NCBI RefSeq assembly: GCF_009914755.1
Contig: NC_060947.1
Source of the DNA: the human T2T-CHM13v2.0 reference genome, Homo sapiens
Reading direction: 5' to 3' (one strand)
DNA: 64,000 nt
Shown: positions 1-14,639 of the stretch, piece after piece
How positions within the stretch are numbered: the first letter of the stretch is position 1
How the letters are laid out: every line of letters starts with the position of its first letter
The notes under the pieces: model-generated
Database searches by the model: none
Told to the model about the DNA's origin: nothing
What the model saw: the letters and a program-made list of their open reading frames with translations, nothing else
Position numbers and translations under genes: made by a program

Positions 1-669
1 AATTTAATGGAGTCCTTCCCTCATCACTGAATTCTGTAGATTTTTCTTTCAGTTGTAAGAAAATAATGCTTTCCTTTTGAAGATGTTGGCTTGGATTAGA
101 AAAATGCTTTATTATGAGTATTGCAAAGCTACTTATTTACCACAGCTAGACAGAGACTCTTTCTTACTTTGTCATGCAGCTGCTTGTTTTTAAACAAATT
201 TTGCCAAGAGACATAAACCAGATGGTCTTCTTCAAGGGTATCCTGTGAGCTGTGATAGTCAGCTTATGGTAGTTTTGAGCAGCAGACAGCTGGGTATGGA
301 AAGTCATGATGCTATTTGGAAATCCAACTACCAAGTGTGCTGAAGCACAAGGAGATTCTCAAGTCAGTAAATAATAAAATTGTGACTTAAAGTTTGTTTC
401 AGTATTCTATTTTTACAGGGGGCATTAACTTTATGCTTTATAATATTACTTTTCTGGGTAAAATAAAAGTACCCCAACACATTGAATTAGAAAGAAAACT
501 TGTGAAAAAATGGATTCAGAATACCTTTCCAAGTGGGATCAACAAATTGTAAGTTGGGCTTTCTAACAGAGTTGTCTGTGTTTTATCAAAAATGTTTAAT
601 TAATACTGTAATAAAATTCTACTAGAATAGTGTGGTATTTCAAGTTGCAAGTCTCAGTTCTGTTTTGTA

Positions 670-1073
670 GTAGTGTTATACACCCACACTCTTGAAATGG
701 GTTCACTAACTGCCAAGTGTATTTCTCTATCCCTGATCTTTGGATATGCCATGTGACTTGCTTTGACAATTGACTATGGATGGAAGAGAGAACGCTAGTT
801 ATAAATCTGGGTCTTAAGAACCATCATGTGTTTCTGCTTACCCTTCTGAGATCTTTAGAACTCAGCCATGGAGGAATGTGCCCCAAATATCTACTGCCAT
901 TCCAGCTTGAGCCCCAGAATGAGACACATAGATCAGACATGTTTGGTCAACCTACAGTCAGATTCTGAATCAGAGATTACTCAAAGTAGGCCTGTGAATA
1001 TGAGGATAAGTGCTTATTGTTCTTTTGGGGTATGCTTGTCACACAGCATTATTGTGGTTGTAGCTGACTAATA
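670..1073 (+). mobile_element. MaLR LTR (MLT1-like)
   Basis: gccatgtgacttgctttgacaat, and a 3' end ttgtcacacagcattattgtggttgtagctgactaata typical of MLT1. Confidence 0.7.
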
Positions 1074-2734
1074 TTGATTGACTTTGGTGAGGGCCCAATA
1101 AACAGCTACCTTGGGTCACTCCTACATTACTGAGAGATAGGGGAAAGAAAATGAGATAAAAATAAAAGTTAGCATCTACGTCCTTATCAGGATGCTACTA
1201 TTTTATGGAAGGTACCCAAAGAAATTCCAGAATTATATCTCTGATGATTCCAAAATTCCTTCAAAACAAAGGACACAGACTGGACCATCCTTGGTTTTCA
1301 AGTACTATGCTATAATTTTGAATATTACAGAAAGACAAGTGAAAGAACTGAAGAAGAAACTAAAAAAGCATTTCAAGACAAACAGACAAAATTTGCCTTT
1401 TTATGAACAAAGATAGTTTAAATTTATTCAAACATATAAATTACTCAAAGGCTAAGAATTTTCAAATGTGCATCTAAATTGTCATTTCCTACAAGTATCT
1501 AGCCATACTAGGAAACTACAAAGAATATTTTAAAACTTGTATTTCAGGCAGAAATCTCTCAAAAAACCACATCTGTGGCTTGTAATGGGCAGTTTTCCCT
1601 TGAGAACACTGATATTTTCAAGAGGAATTTGAGACTATCCACGGATAAACTAAAACTAATATGAAAATAATTCTTGTGAAAATTGCCTTACAGGCAAGAA
1701 TTTGCAACTTTCATAGGGTAAACAGATTTTTAAAGCGTTAGAATTTCATAATTGTGACAAACATCCTCCTAGAATAGAAGGTGAAACAAGCAAGTAAGCA
1801 GACAAGCAAGCAAGCAAACCTTTCACCAGAATGTTATACTGACTTTAGTGACTAATGGATATATTTTTCTCTATGAGAGACTGTTCATGTATCTCCAATT
1901 CCCTAATTAGAAAAACATATATCCAGGTCTTAGATTATTTTATATATTGCTGTATCCACACCTAAAAGTCATGATTTGACCTTATTATAGCGAAATGAAA
2001 GGAAATATAAGGAAATTTACCCTGCATTAATAATTTATTGAATACACTATGATGGAAATGGAGATTCTGTTAACCAAAGAGTTTCTCAAGAAACTTATTC
2101 ATTCTAGAATATTACAGCTTTTGAGTGAGAAGCTTATTATATACATTTAAGGGCTCATCAATAAAATATTAACATGTATTGAACATCTAACATGAAACCA
2201 TACTGCATTCCACTTAGGGGTGACAAAAGGTATATAGTACAGCCTCTTCCCTGTAGGAAAAAGTACTCCACTGAATGGTAACATGTTGCAAACAGCTATG
2301 TAAGACATATAAACTCATGATAATAACCTGTAAGATAAATAGGTAAACAGAGAGTTCTATGAATCCAGACAATGGAATAATTGATCAAGAACAGAGAAGG
2401 ATTCCAAGAGGTGGTATTTGCACTGAATGCTGAATGGTGTGTAGGAATTTGCTAAGGAGCAAGTCAGGACTCCTCAAGCACATCAGAAAATCCTTTACCA
2501 CTTGGCTTTGCTAAGCATCTTGTAATGAATTACAATCCATTTCTGCTACTGATCTCGAACATAAAGATATCACCTTCAAAAATTTAAACATCTTTTTAAA
2601 GTACTTTGGTCTTGTATATGAGACTTTAAAAAGTCATTATACGTATTTGTGTTGTTTCTACTGATGTCTATAGATCTGGAAGGAAGAACATAATCCTTGA
2701 GCATAAGAAATCCTATGTGAAATGCCATGGAGGC

Positions 2735-2930
2735 AGGCTATGTAGTGGAAAAGAATTCATAACTGGGGTCACGATATAGACTCTGGCACATACTTCATGT
2801 GTGAGCTTAAGACAATTATTTATTCTAAAACTCAAAATTATTCATCTCTAAAATTAAGGTTCTCTTGAGAATGAAATGATATATGTAAGGCTCTGAACCC
2901 ATGCCTGGCACATAGGTGTGCCTAAAAATA
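2735..2930 (+). mobile_element. MIR SINE (degenerate)
   Basis: tgtagtggaaaaga...tgtgtgagcttaagacaatta...catctctaaaat...gcctggcacataggtg. Confidence 0.6.
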
Positions 2931-3465
2931 AGCTCTTTTATCTTATGCAAGGTCCATCTTACGTGTCCAGAAAAAGTAATGTCTTGAAATTTCAGTACAT
3001 TGTCATAATATCAGCTTTAAACTTAGGTCCTTGTTTTATAGTGGTTAGTCAGTGAATTAGTAAGCAAAACTTGCTAATTAAATTTAGGTAACTTATATAA
3101 CTTAGGATCCAACTTTAGTAAAATTTAGGAAAGCATTAGCCCTCTAAGTAGGAGCGCTATGACAACCAAATTCTCCATTTCTCACATTTCCTAAGCAGTA
3201 GCTTAAATCTAAGTCAGACAAAAGTTGATGAATGAGAAATTACTTTGAGAATATGGAGAAACAGAAGAGTAGGTACCTAGGGAAATGATGAAAACTTCTA
3301 CTCTTATATTGGCAGAATTTAGTAAGCCAGAGTAAGATGCGGGCTGAATCAGAGTTCATAAAATTAGGAAAGAAAAAAAAAGGGAAGGGTTAACTAAAGA
3401 CAAAGTTGCCCTTTTTACACTCTTCTTAGGGCTCCTTAAATAAAACAAAACAAAACAAAACAGGA

Positions 3466-3600
3466 GCCGGGTGCAGTGGTGTGCCTCTGTAATCCCATCT
3501 TCTCAGAAGGCTGAGGTGGGAGGATTACTTCATCCAGGGAGTTTGAGACCAGCCCCAGCAACACTCTCACTCAAAAAAAAATAAATAAGTAAAAGAAAAA
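3466..3600 (+). mobile_element. Alu monomer (FLAM/FAM-like), preceded by (CAAAA)n
   Basis: gccgggtgcagtggt...tgtaatccca...ggctgaggtgggaggatt...gagtttgagaccagcc followed by an A-rich tail; single arm only. Confidence 0.8.
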
Positions 3601-3699
3601 TAACGCTCTTTTTAAATATACATGTTGAAGACTGTTAGTTCTCTTCCAATATTCTTTTTTTTTTTTTCATGACTGAACAGTTTTTAGCAGAGCACATGT

Positions 3700-4095
3700 G
3701 AAATAAACACATTTCCCAGCCCCACTTGCAGCTTAGATGTGGCCATGTGACAGACATCTGGCCAATGAAGCGTAAGTGGAAATATAACATGGCAGCTCCC
3801 ACGAAACTTCCCTAAAAGACAATTGGTATGCACCCTTTGACCCTTCTTCTGGCCTTCTTACATCCTTCTTGGAATGTGGATGTCATGAGAGCTCCATCTT
3901 GCAACATGTGGATGAAATTCCACCAAGTAAAGATAACTCACTCAGTAGAAAACAGAAATGAGCAGGGCCAACATATCTGCCTTGGCTGCAAACTTCCAGG
4001 GTTTTTCAGGAGAAAGAAATATGCTTCTCTTTTATTTAAGTCATTTCTACCTTGAGCTTCTGTAACACTTAGCCAAAGCAAATTATAATTGATAA
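3700..4095 (+). mobile_element. MaLR LTR (MLT1J/K-like)
   Basis: catttcccagccccacttgcagcttagatgtggccatgtgac...tggccaatga. Confidence 0.65.
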
Positions 4096-6792
4096 AATAA
4101 AGAGAGTTTCTGGGAAAAGTACATTTAGCACAGTTTTATTTTACAGTAATGTCTTTTAAAACTCATCTATTCCAGGTAGAGAAAAAATGCATATTTAGAG
4201 AAGGGAAATTTGTGAAATGACAAAACCAAGAAATACACAATGAATAAAGTCAAATATTAATATCAGCCTCCAAAATGAGGCTAGTCCTATGGACACAAAA
4301 TTTCTTTCTGTATTAGAGTCTTTTTCCTTTGACAATAATAAAAATGTTTATTTAGATAACAAGCAGGCAAATACAGTCCCCTCATATACTGAAGAACAAG
4401 AATCATCTATGGTGAGGATGAAAATGCTTGTATACAACTATCCTGGGAAACAAAAATGTTCAATTACTTTGAGAAAAAGACTGGGGATATTGATCTATGG
4501 CTAACTCTGAGATTATGTGAATTTTATATCTAGTCAATTTCTTATCTGAAGAAAGTTTTAAACTAACCTCTAAGTGAACTGTGAAGATTTATAAGAATCT
4601 GAAAATGTTGAAGATATAAGGCAAATGATCCTGGATGAAGCGGTGATCATAAAAAGCAAATCACTCTGCAACTCTTAAGTGCTTTGAACTATAAATAGGA
4701 ATATGCAGAAGATAAGCTGATGGGCAAAAACAAACTTCTATTTAATGCATTTCAAAAAGCTCTTTCACTTAATAAATACAACAAATTTTCTTCTTTAAAT
4801 TCTTTCACCACCTGCTCTTAACAACTAAGAATTCAGAAGAAATTATATTTAAAACTAAACAAGGAAATGTAAATGAAGGCTAGTTTAGATATCTAATTTA
4901 GACGGTATAGTGTGCTGAATGGTTCATGTTTTTTAAAGAGTTTCAATAAGTCACAATAAGATAAGAATATTATTCATTGATAATTGGTTTGTTGTAAGGA
5001 GACGCTTTGATAGTCCAATATACATTAAATACCTCATGACACCAACTATATGGGGTTAATCTTTTGCAGTTTAAAGCTTTGCCTCTGGTAGTAAAACTTC
5101 CATGTAATTGGCATCAATAGTCAAATCACACAATTCATTTTGGGTTGCTGGGTGGAAACAAAATCTCCTCTATTTGGCTCACAATCACTCTCTCAGTGGT
5201 GTGCAAAATGCAATGACTGGCCAGTGAATGATATTTACAATAGCTAGGGATTATCTTAGATTATACAGCCTTCAGCAGAAACATAAACACTTGAACAGAG
5301 CAGTGTGAAATAGAAGATAGTGTGTGGGAGGAGGCAAGCTCTAATCTGAAATATACAAGAAGAAACTTACATATGGCAAAAAAGACAGTATATAGAGGCT
5401 ACGCTTGATGGAGGGAGATTATAATAAATGACAGATTAATGAGACTTGTTTTTCTCGAAGTTTATGATGGTTTATTTCTGGCATACATGCCAAGTTGATG
5501 CTATCAAATTATAGTGTTCATTACCATTATTATCATCAAGTCGTATTGATTACCAATGTGCACTCTACTGGGCATTATATATACAAGCAAAATTCAGGTG
5601 GTTTCTGACATTCAACAACCAATAAAATAAATCAGACCAAAGATTGTAGACATATGTAGGAGAGCGTATAGTGCACAAGATACTCAAATGGAGAAAAACT
5701 TAAAGGTTAAAAATAAATTTTTAAATACTTTCAGTGTTTAGGTGAACTGGTAAGTGTTTTGGTGTGTCAGTTTATAAGAACATTGCTTGCTATATCTAAG
5801 GGAACTACTTATTCATTATTTTCTTAAAAATGAATTCTATCCAACTAGTTACTTAGTAAATCATGATTTTCAAAGAAGATCTTGAGGGTAAAAACCAAAA
5901 CAGAACATTTCCCCATAAACCATGGTTTCAACAATTCAAAAAAGTGAGACGGAGTGGTGCAAGATGTCAGAATAGAAGCCTATATAACTAATCTCCCTCA
6001 CTGAAACATCAAATTGTAACAACTATGAGCAGACAGAAAAGCACTGTCACCAGAACCAAAAACCAGGTACGGAATCATGGTACCTGGTTTTAACTTCATC
6101 TTGCTAAAAGAGGCATTGAGGAAAGGCAGGAGACACAGTCTTGAATCACCAACACCACACCTTCCCAATCACCCAGCACTGGACGTGCAGTGCAGAGAGG
6201 GAATCTTTGCACTTTTGGAAGGGACAGTACAGCTACTGGGGGACTTTACATTGAACTAACTGCTGTGCTGTCACAGTAGAGAAAAAAGCCATGCTGGCCT
6301 CAGTCAGTGCCTGTGCACGGAGGGAATATTTGAACTAGCCCCAGCCAGAAGGGAATCGCCCATCCCAGCAGTCAGAACTCAAGTTTCTTGGCAAGCCTCA
6401 CCATTGTGGGCCAAAGTGCTCTGGAGTCCCAGGTAAACCTGAGAGGCAGTCTGGGACACACGAACTGCAATTCCTAGATAACTTCTAGTCATAGCCTGGG
6501 CTAAGAGCTAGAGGACTAGGGTGGCATGTGACCTAGGGAGACACCAGCTGGCATGGCTAAGGGAGTGCTTGCACCATTCCTCCCCCACCTCAAGCAGTGC
6601 AGCCCACAGTAACAAAAGTGACTCCTTACTTTTGCTTAAGGAGAGGAGAGTGAAAAGTAAAGAGGATTCTGTCTTGCATCTTGGATACCAGCTTAGTCAC
6701 AGTAGGCTAGGGCACTGGACAGTGTTGTGAGGACCCATTTCTAGGCTCAGCTCCTGGACAACACTCTCCAATCAAGAGAGATACAGTGTCTT

Positions 6793-7137
6793 GACCAGGC
6801 ATGGTGGCTCACGCCTGTAATCCTAGCACTTTGGGAGGCCGAAGTAGGTGGATCACTTGAGGTCAGGAGTTCGAGACCAGCCTGGCCAACATCATGAAAC
6901 CCCAACTCTACTAAAAATACAAAAATTAGCCACGCGTGATTGTGGGTGACTGTAATCTCAGCCTCTTGGGGGGCTAAGGCACAAGAATCTCTTGAACCCA
7001 GGAGGCGGAGGTTGCAGCGAACTGAGATCCTGTCACAGCACTCCAGCCTGGGCAACAGAGTGAGATGCTGTCTCAAGAAAGAAAAGAAAAGAAAGAAAGA
7101 TAGAAAAAAAAGAGAGAGAAGAAAAGAAAAGAAAAAT
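6793..7137 (+). mobile_element. AluS (Sx/Sz-like) inserted in L1 ORF2
   Basis: Full dimer with a GAAA-rich tail; TSD AGATACAGTGTCT at 6779-6791 and 7138-7150. Confidence 0.95.
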
Positions 7138-8578
7138 AGATACAGTGTCTGAATGGATGAAAAAATAAGACCCAATTTTGTGTTGACCTCAAGAAGCACT
7201 CTTCACCTATAAAGCTACACACAGACTGGAAATAAAGGGATGGAAAAAGATATTCCATGCCAATGGAAACCCAAACATAGCTGGACTAGCTCTACTTATA
7301 TCAGACCAAATCGATATCAGGACAAAAACTGTAAGAAGAGACAAAGAAGGTCATTATATAATGACAAAAGGGTCAATTCAGCAACAGGATATAACAATTA
7401 TATATGCACTCAACACTGGAGTATATATATATAAAGCAAATATATATACAACACTGGAGTACAGATATATAAAGCAAATATTATTCGAGCTCAGGAGAGA
7501 GAAAGACCTCAATACAATAACAGCAGGAGCCTTCAACAACCCCACTTTCAACATTGGGCAGATCTCCCAGACAGAAGCTCAACCAAAGTAACATTGGACT
7601 TAATCTGCACTATAGAATAAATGGATCTAATATTTACAGGACATTTAATTCAATGAGTGTAGAATACACATTCTTCTTCTCAGCACACAGATTATTATCA
7701 AAGATAGACCACACAGTAGGTCACAAAAGCAGTCTTAAAACTTCAGTAACAATGAAATAATATCAAGCATCTTCTCTGACCACAATGGAATGAGACTAGA
7801 AATCAACAATGAGGAATTTTGGAAGCTATACAAACACATGGAAGTTAAACAATATGCTACTAAATGACCACTGGGTCTATGAAGAAATTAAGAAGGAAAT
7901 TGAAAAATGTCTTTAAAAAATGAAAGAAAAACCACATACCAAAACCTATGGGATACAGCAAAACTAGTACTAAGAGAGAAATTTACAGCTGTAGGTGCTT
8001 CTATCAAAAAAGAAAAAAACTTCAAATAAATCACCTAACAATGCAACTTAAAGACCTAGACAAGCAGGAGCAAATCGAACCCAAAATTAGTGGAAGAAAG
8101 AAATAATAAAGATCAGAGCAGAAATAAATGACTTTGTAATAAAGAAAACATACAAAAAGTCAACAAAACGAAAAGTTGGTTTATTGAAAAGGTAAACAAA
8201 ATTGACAAATCTTGAGCCAGACTAATGAAGAAAAAAGGGAGAAGACCCAAATAAGTAAAATCAGAAATGAGAAAGGAGATATTACAATTAATACCAGATA
8301 AATTCAAAGGCTCATTAGTGGCTACTATGAGCAACTATATGCCAACAAATTGAAAAATCTAGAGGTAATGGATAAATTCCTAGACACATACAACCTACCA
8401 AGATTAAACCATAAAGAAATCCAAAACCTGAACGGACCAGTAACGAGTAACACAACTGAAGCCTTAGTAAACTCTCCCAGTAAAGAAAAGCTTGGGACCC
8501 GATGGCTGCACTGCTGAACTCTACCATGTGATAAATATTGATGCAAAATTGATGCAAAAAATATTGATGCAAAATTGA

Positions 8579-8827
<249 letters not shown>

Positions 8828-10064
8828 TAACGACTAAAATCTAAGACCTCAAACTAAGAAACTACTACAAGGAAACATTGGAGAAACTCTCCAGGATATC
8901 TGTCTGGGTAAAACAAATCTTGAGTAATATCCTATAAGCACAGGCAACAAAAGCAAAAATAGACAAATGGATCACATCAAGTTAAAAAGCTCCTCCGCAG
9001 TGAAACAATCAATAAAGTGAAGAGACAACCAACAGAAAGGGAGAAAATATTTGCAAATTACCCATCTCACAAGGGATTAATAACCAGAATATATAAGGAG
9101 TTAAAACAACTCTATAGGAAAAAGTCTAATAATTAGATCAGAAAATAGACAAAAGATTCGAATAGGCATTTCTCAAAAGAAGACATACAAATGGCAAACA
9201 GGTATATCAAAATATGCTCAGCATCACTAATCATCACAGAAATACAAAGCAAAACTACAATGGGATATTCTCTCACCCCAATTAAAATGACATATCCAAA
9301 AGACAGGCAATTACAAATGCTGGAGAGAGTGTGAAGAAAAGGGGACTCCTGTACACTGTTGGCAGGAATGTAAATTAGTACAACCAAAATGGAGAATAGT
9401 TTGGAGGTTCCTCAGAAACTAAAAACAGGGCTACCATATGATCCAGCAATCCCACTGCTGGGTATATATCCCAAAGAAAGCAAATCAGTATATCAAAGAG
9501 ATATCTGTACTCCCACGTTTGTTGAAGCACTGTTCATAATAGCCAAGATTTGGAAGCAACCTGAGCGTCCATCAAGAGATGAATGGACAAAGAAAATGTG
9601 ATACATATACGTAATAGAGTACTATTCAGCCATAAAAAGAATGAGATCCTTTCATTTGCAACATCATGGATGGAACTGGAGGTCATTGTGTTAAATGAAA
9701 TAAGCCAGGCACAGAAAGACAAACATCACACGTTCTCATTTATTTGTGGCAGGTAAAAATCAAAACAACTGAACACTTGGAGATAGAGGGTGGAAGGATG
9801 GTTACCAGAGGCTGTGAAGGGTAGTGGGGGGGGTTGAGGGGGAGGTTGAAATGGTTACTTGGTACAAAAAATAGTTAGAAAGAATGAACACCACCTACTA
9901 TTTGCTAGCACAACAGGGTGACTATAGTCAAAACAATTTAATTGTACATTTTTAAACAATTAAAAAAATACAATTTTACTGTTTGTAAAACAAAGAATAA
10001 TTGCTTGAGGGGATGAACATCCCATTTTCCATGATACTTGCATGCCTATATCAAAACATCTCAT

Positions 10065-10305
10065 GTACCCCATATATATATGTACCCCACATATATACAC
10101 ATATATATGTGTAACCCATATATATATGTACCCCACATATATATATATGTACCCCACATATATATATACCCCACATATATACACTATGTATGTGTGTATA
10201 TACATAGTAAATCTATTTATATATAGTATATGTTTATATATAGTATATATTTATATATGTGTGTTTATATATACAGTATATATATATATATATACACTAT
10301 GTACC
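10065..10305. repeat. TA-rich minisatellite (gtaccccacatatatat units) expanded in the L1 3'UTR
   Basis: Repeated units are directly visible. Confidence 0.9.
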
Positions 10306-11519
10306 CACAAACGTTAAAAATAACATTTAAAGATAAAAAATTTTGAAAAGTGGAACATAAATAGAAATTTGTACTTCTCTGTCTGTCTACTGTATCTTCT
10401 TCTGCATTGTCCCCATGACTGAATCCACGGGATTCCTTTCTTCCAGTCAGTAAAACAGTGGCCATGGAATAGGATATGAACAACTTTCTTAAGTTCAGGA
10501 CTTGCTTGTTTTTTACCCCTTACTTCCTAATTCTACCAAGCTCAGAAACCAACAGTAAGTATTTTGTATTGGCACATATACCTATACCTGGGTTGTGGAA
10601 TGAAGATCCAGTCTTGCATAAAAATCTTCAAATATGGTAGAGATTAATTCTAAGACTGCAATGATAATCCTTCCTGAGTTGTCAGCATCCTGTATGTGCT
10701 TATCATGTATCTTCCCAACTACATATGGCATTGTGACAAATAGAAGAGGCTGCTAATGCTGCTATAGCTGAATGTCTCATTTAGGAACAAACAATTCTGG
10801 AAAAGCTCCCAGATTATGCATCTGTCCCTGTAGCTTCCACTTTAAAAGATAAAATTCTATAGTGATAACGTGAGGATTAGTATACTATTCTTTCCTTATA
10901 TGGGTAATGTGAGGTTATTTCCTTACCTTGACATGAAAGAAAATTATTTATTGAATGTCTCAGTAGAAAGATTACAACTGAGATAGCAAATTCTTATCAG
11001 AAACTCACATTAGGAATGGGCTTGCAGAATTGCATGCTCATTCCCTACTGTCTGAATACAGAGACGATTAGGGACTTTCTCTTCGAATCTGATTTATTTG
11101 GTTTCTACTCCTGTTTTCTCTCCTTTCGTTTCTTTCATTTTCTCATTTTTCTTCATGTAGCACAAATGGCAGCCAGAGCCTGTGAGTGCTTTAATGCTGC
11201 AGGCTTACTGCTATGAGAACTGAACAATGGAGAAATCCCTGGGGAAGCAGCTTCCAACTGTCCCACCCTCAGCATCCTAATGACCTGTGGAACTGTGGTT
11301 CCAGAATGGTGGTGATAAATTTGGAAAATACTTTCTCTAAAGCAGTAGTGCCCACATATTTATCTGACAGGCTGTACTGGGCAATTATAAAATGTTCAGG
11401 GGTCCATGGTGAAATGCCAAAAATAGAACAATGCGGTATGCTTTTCCTAAAGCTACACCTTCTTTATTAAAACAATTATGATTTATGTCCCTCCTGTACT
11501 TAAAGTACATATTTATTAT

Positions 11520-11825
11520 TTTTAAAATGTAAGTATAAATTTTAGTTCAGTCCAGCATTCACACAGAAATGTGTACACATCACAAGTGTATGGTTCCATA
11601 AACTTCCCTAAAGGAAACACATCAATGCAAGCAGCATCCACATCAAGAAACAAAACATTACCCAGTCCCTAGAAGCCTGCTTCAGCCCTTGTTAATCACA
11701 ACTCACAAAGGTAACTCCTATCTGACCTCTAAACTCCAAAGTGCCTAATTTTTTAGTTTCATATAATAGATTCATACAGTAAGTGTTCTCTTATTTCTGA
11801 CTTACTTTATACAACACTGTGTTCA
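11520..11825 (-). mobile_element. Ancient L1M (L1ME-like) 3' fragment
   Basis: catcaagaaacaaaacattacccagtccctagaagcc...ggtaactcctatctgacctctaa. Confidence 0.6.
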
Positions 11826-13009
11826 TATTTTATTTTTCAACATTTCCTTTATTTTATGAAATATTATTAATAAGAACATTTGATTAATTAAATGCCCTTA
11901 TACTTCTTTCTCTAATTTTTTTAGAGGTTTCTTTTTTTGCTATAGAAATGTAATAATATAGAAATAAATACTCTTAGTCTCATGTCTATTTTACATCATA
12001 TCTAAAGCTCAGAACCATCTTGAATTTAACTACTTATATGGGTGGGTAAGTCAACCCAACATATCTGACTAAGTAGAATTCCAAGAAGGAAATACTGATT
12101 TTAAAACATTACTTTCTTGATGTTTGACAGGGACCTTGTTGTTACACAATAATGCCATCTTATGGCTGTACAGCAATTTGTAGTCTAGAAACTGCTTTCA
12201 TTTTGATGATAGCATTTGAACTGTTCTACCCTCTTAGTCTTTGGGAAGTCATTTTCTAAAAGTGGGAAACACTCACTAATGGCTTACAGGATAGTAAAGA
12301 TGGTATCAGAAAGAAACTAACGACAATAGAGTATAACATCTGACATTTAGTAGGCCCTTCTTAAGTGTTCATTGAAAGAAGAAAAGAGCTTTGTTTCTCT
12401 AATCCCAGATAGATCTTATGTAAATTCTTTGTTTTTACATGTTTCCTATAGGTATATTTTATAAGCAGTTAGTTACCCACCCGAAAATCAATGAAAACTG
12501 AATTTAGCAGTAATATTAATTTCCCAAAAAGTTAACTAGTAATCTTACATATAGGCATATCTATCCATACGTTCATGGTGCTTGTGGATTTACTGTTGAC
12601 TGTGTTGACTGTTAGTGAACAATCAGAATGTCCGTGAAAATAAGGCTTTTAATACTTTGATGATGTGTAACTTGTTGAGATACATGTTGAAATTCTATTT
12701 GCTGAAAGACAATGTATGGAAGCAGGTATGTTAGATAATGAATGAGCAGTCATAAATTAGTCTGGCTTTTTAAATATCTTCCTGTTCTCATCTAAAGCGT
12801 AATGTCTGTTTTACCTTATGACATTTAATAGAGATGACTGAACGAGAAATACGCAGATGTACTATTTAGTATGTGCTTAGGCAAGTCACATAACATCTTT
12901 GAAATATAGTTTTCTCCCTTATAAAATAATGAAGCAGGGCAAAACCACTAAGGCATTTTCTAGCTGTAAAACAATCCTGTTATAAATTATTAACTATCTC
13001 TAATAATTT

Positions 13010-13443
13010 GAATTATGGTTCAGCAAATATTAACATCTCTCCCCCCTTCCACTGTAGGAAGAGTCTACTTTCTCATTCTATTGATGTCAGATTTGGCAAC
13101 GTAATTTGCTTTGGCCAATCAAATGTCAGTGAACTTCACAGGAGCAGAGGCCATGAGTGTTCTTGGGAGGTTTAGGTTTATACTTTGGTGACTGGTCATG
13201 AAAACATGTCACTGACCCTTCATCTTAGGTCCAGAGCAAAGACATATATAGCAGACCTTAATCCAACATGCATCATGGAACCTAGCTCTACTAACCCACA
13301 TCTTGAAGCAGAGCTTCCCGGCCAAGCCCAGCTGAGTCAGTCAAGGTACAAGTAACCTAAACAGCCAGAAATGCCTGTTGTTTTCAGTCAGCAAGTTCTA
13401 GGGTGATTTGTGTCACAGCATTATTGCGGTCATAGCTAATACT
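13010..13443 (+). mobile_element. MaLR LTR (MLT1H/I-like)
   Basis: taatttgctttggccaat...tgtcacagcattattgcggtcatagctaatac. Confidence 0.7.
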
Positions 13444-13589
13444 ACCATACATGTACCATTTAAGAAAAATACCAATATAGCCCTTCTTACTAGCTCAAAT
13501 TTATTTTGATTTAACCCAAATTGGCTTACTAAAAAATTCAGCAGATTTTTGTTGAGAACACCACATGAAGGCTGTACTGAACATTTGTG

Positions 13590-14355
13590 TATTCAGGAAT
13601 GCATAGCTTCTAAATCTCTCCAAGGATTCAAGAATCTACCATTGTATGGGACTTAGTAGGACACGAGGTGTTGACTGCCACTACAATGAAGAACAAATTC
13701 AGCTATTTATTTTCCCTGATCTCTGGCAATAAGAACCTAGTTCTGTGGCCTAAACCTGTATTGTAACAGCAGTCATCAATCTATGGCCCATCAGCAATTC
13801 CAGCCTGCCATCTGCCTTGGTAAATAAAGTTTTATTTAAACACAACATGTCCATCCATTTATATATTATATATGGTTTTTTTCACCCTAAAACAGCAGAG
13901 TTGAGTAGTTGTGACAGAGACTACATGACCTGCAGGGACAAAAATATCGACTAACTGCCCCTTTACAGAAAAAAATATCCATCCTCTGACTATCAGATGC
14001 TTCTGCCAGAGACCCTAGTTGTAGAATGAGCGACACACAGCAAGAATAAATAATTTAGATACTTTTTTTTTGCAGTGACGATAGCAAGCAATGTCCAGTG
14101 CAATGGTGCTCCTGGTAAAGCAATGGACTCTGGCATGACAGCAAAATAATTCAGATTTACCTCATAGCTTGATAGTAGATATATTCTGGATGCCTAGCCT
14201 GCTCTTCCTTTATAGTTTCTGCCCATTGTTAAACCTAGCTCTCAGGCTTTCCTATTGATTCCATGAGGTATCTGATATCCTTCTAGTAATTTATATAATT
14301 CTACCTAAAGTAACTAGAGTCACTTTCTGTTAGTTGTAACTCAGAACCTTGAATG
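13590..14355 (+). mobile_element. ERVL LTR (LTR33-like), interrupted by MER58A
   Basis: atcagatgcttctgcc; 3' end ctaaagtaactagagtcactttctgttagttgtaactcagaacc. Confidence 0.45.
13767..13988 (+). mobile_element. MER58A hAT-Charlie DNA transposon
   Basis: cag...gtaaataaagttttatt...cagcagagttgagtagttgtgacagagac...ccctttacagaaaaa...ctg. Confidence 0.8.
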
Positions 14356-14639
14356 GTCTATAGACCTTGACTTATTCCCCATTCTTAGTAAGATAGCTTC
14401 ATTCCATTCCCCAGGGATCTTGTTCTTGCCCTCTTGTACAGCTCCAGTCTATCAACCCTTATTTTACTGGCTGGTTGTGCCTTTTCTCTCCAAGACTGTG
14501 AAGCTCTTCAAAGCAGGGACTGAGTCTAATTCTTCTCTCTGTAGTTCTCAGGGAAATTTGAAAGCATGTAAGAATGAATTAACAGATATCATGACTATCA
14601 GAACCATAAGATCACCATTTTCATCATCAAAATTGCCAA

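Noticed and set aside
4689-4698. Perfect MEF2-type site CTATAAATAG
   Set aside because: A single AT-rich 10-mer is expected by chance in this sequence, and I saw no supporting motif cluster.
6747-7199. 150-aa ORF, and similar ORFs at 15729, 27314 and 52444
   Set aside because: They are translations of antisense Alu sequence, not genes.
9960-10483. Tyr/Ile-rich ORFs
   Set aside because: Artefacts of the TA-rich repeat.
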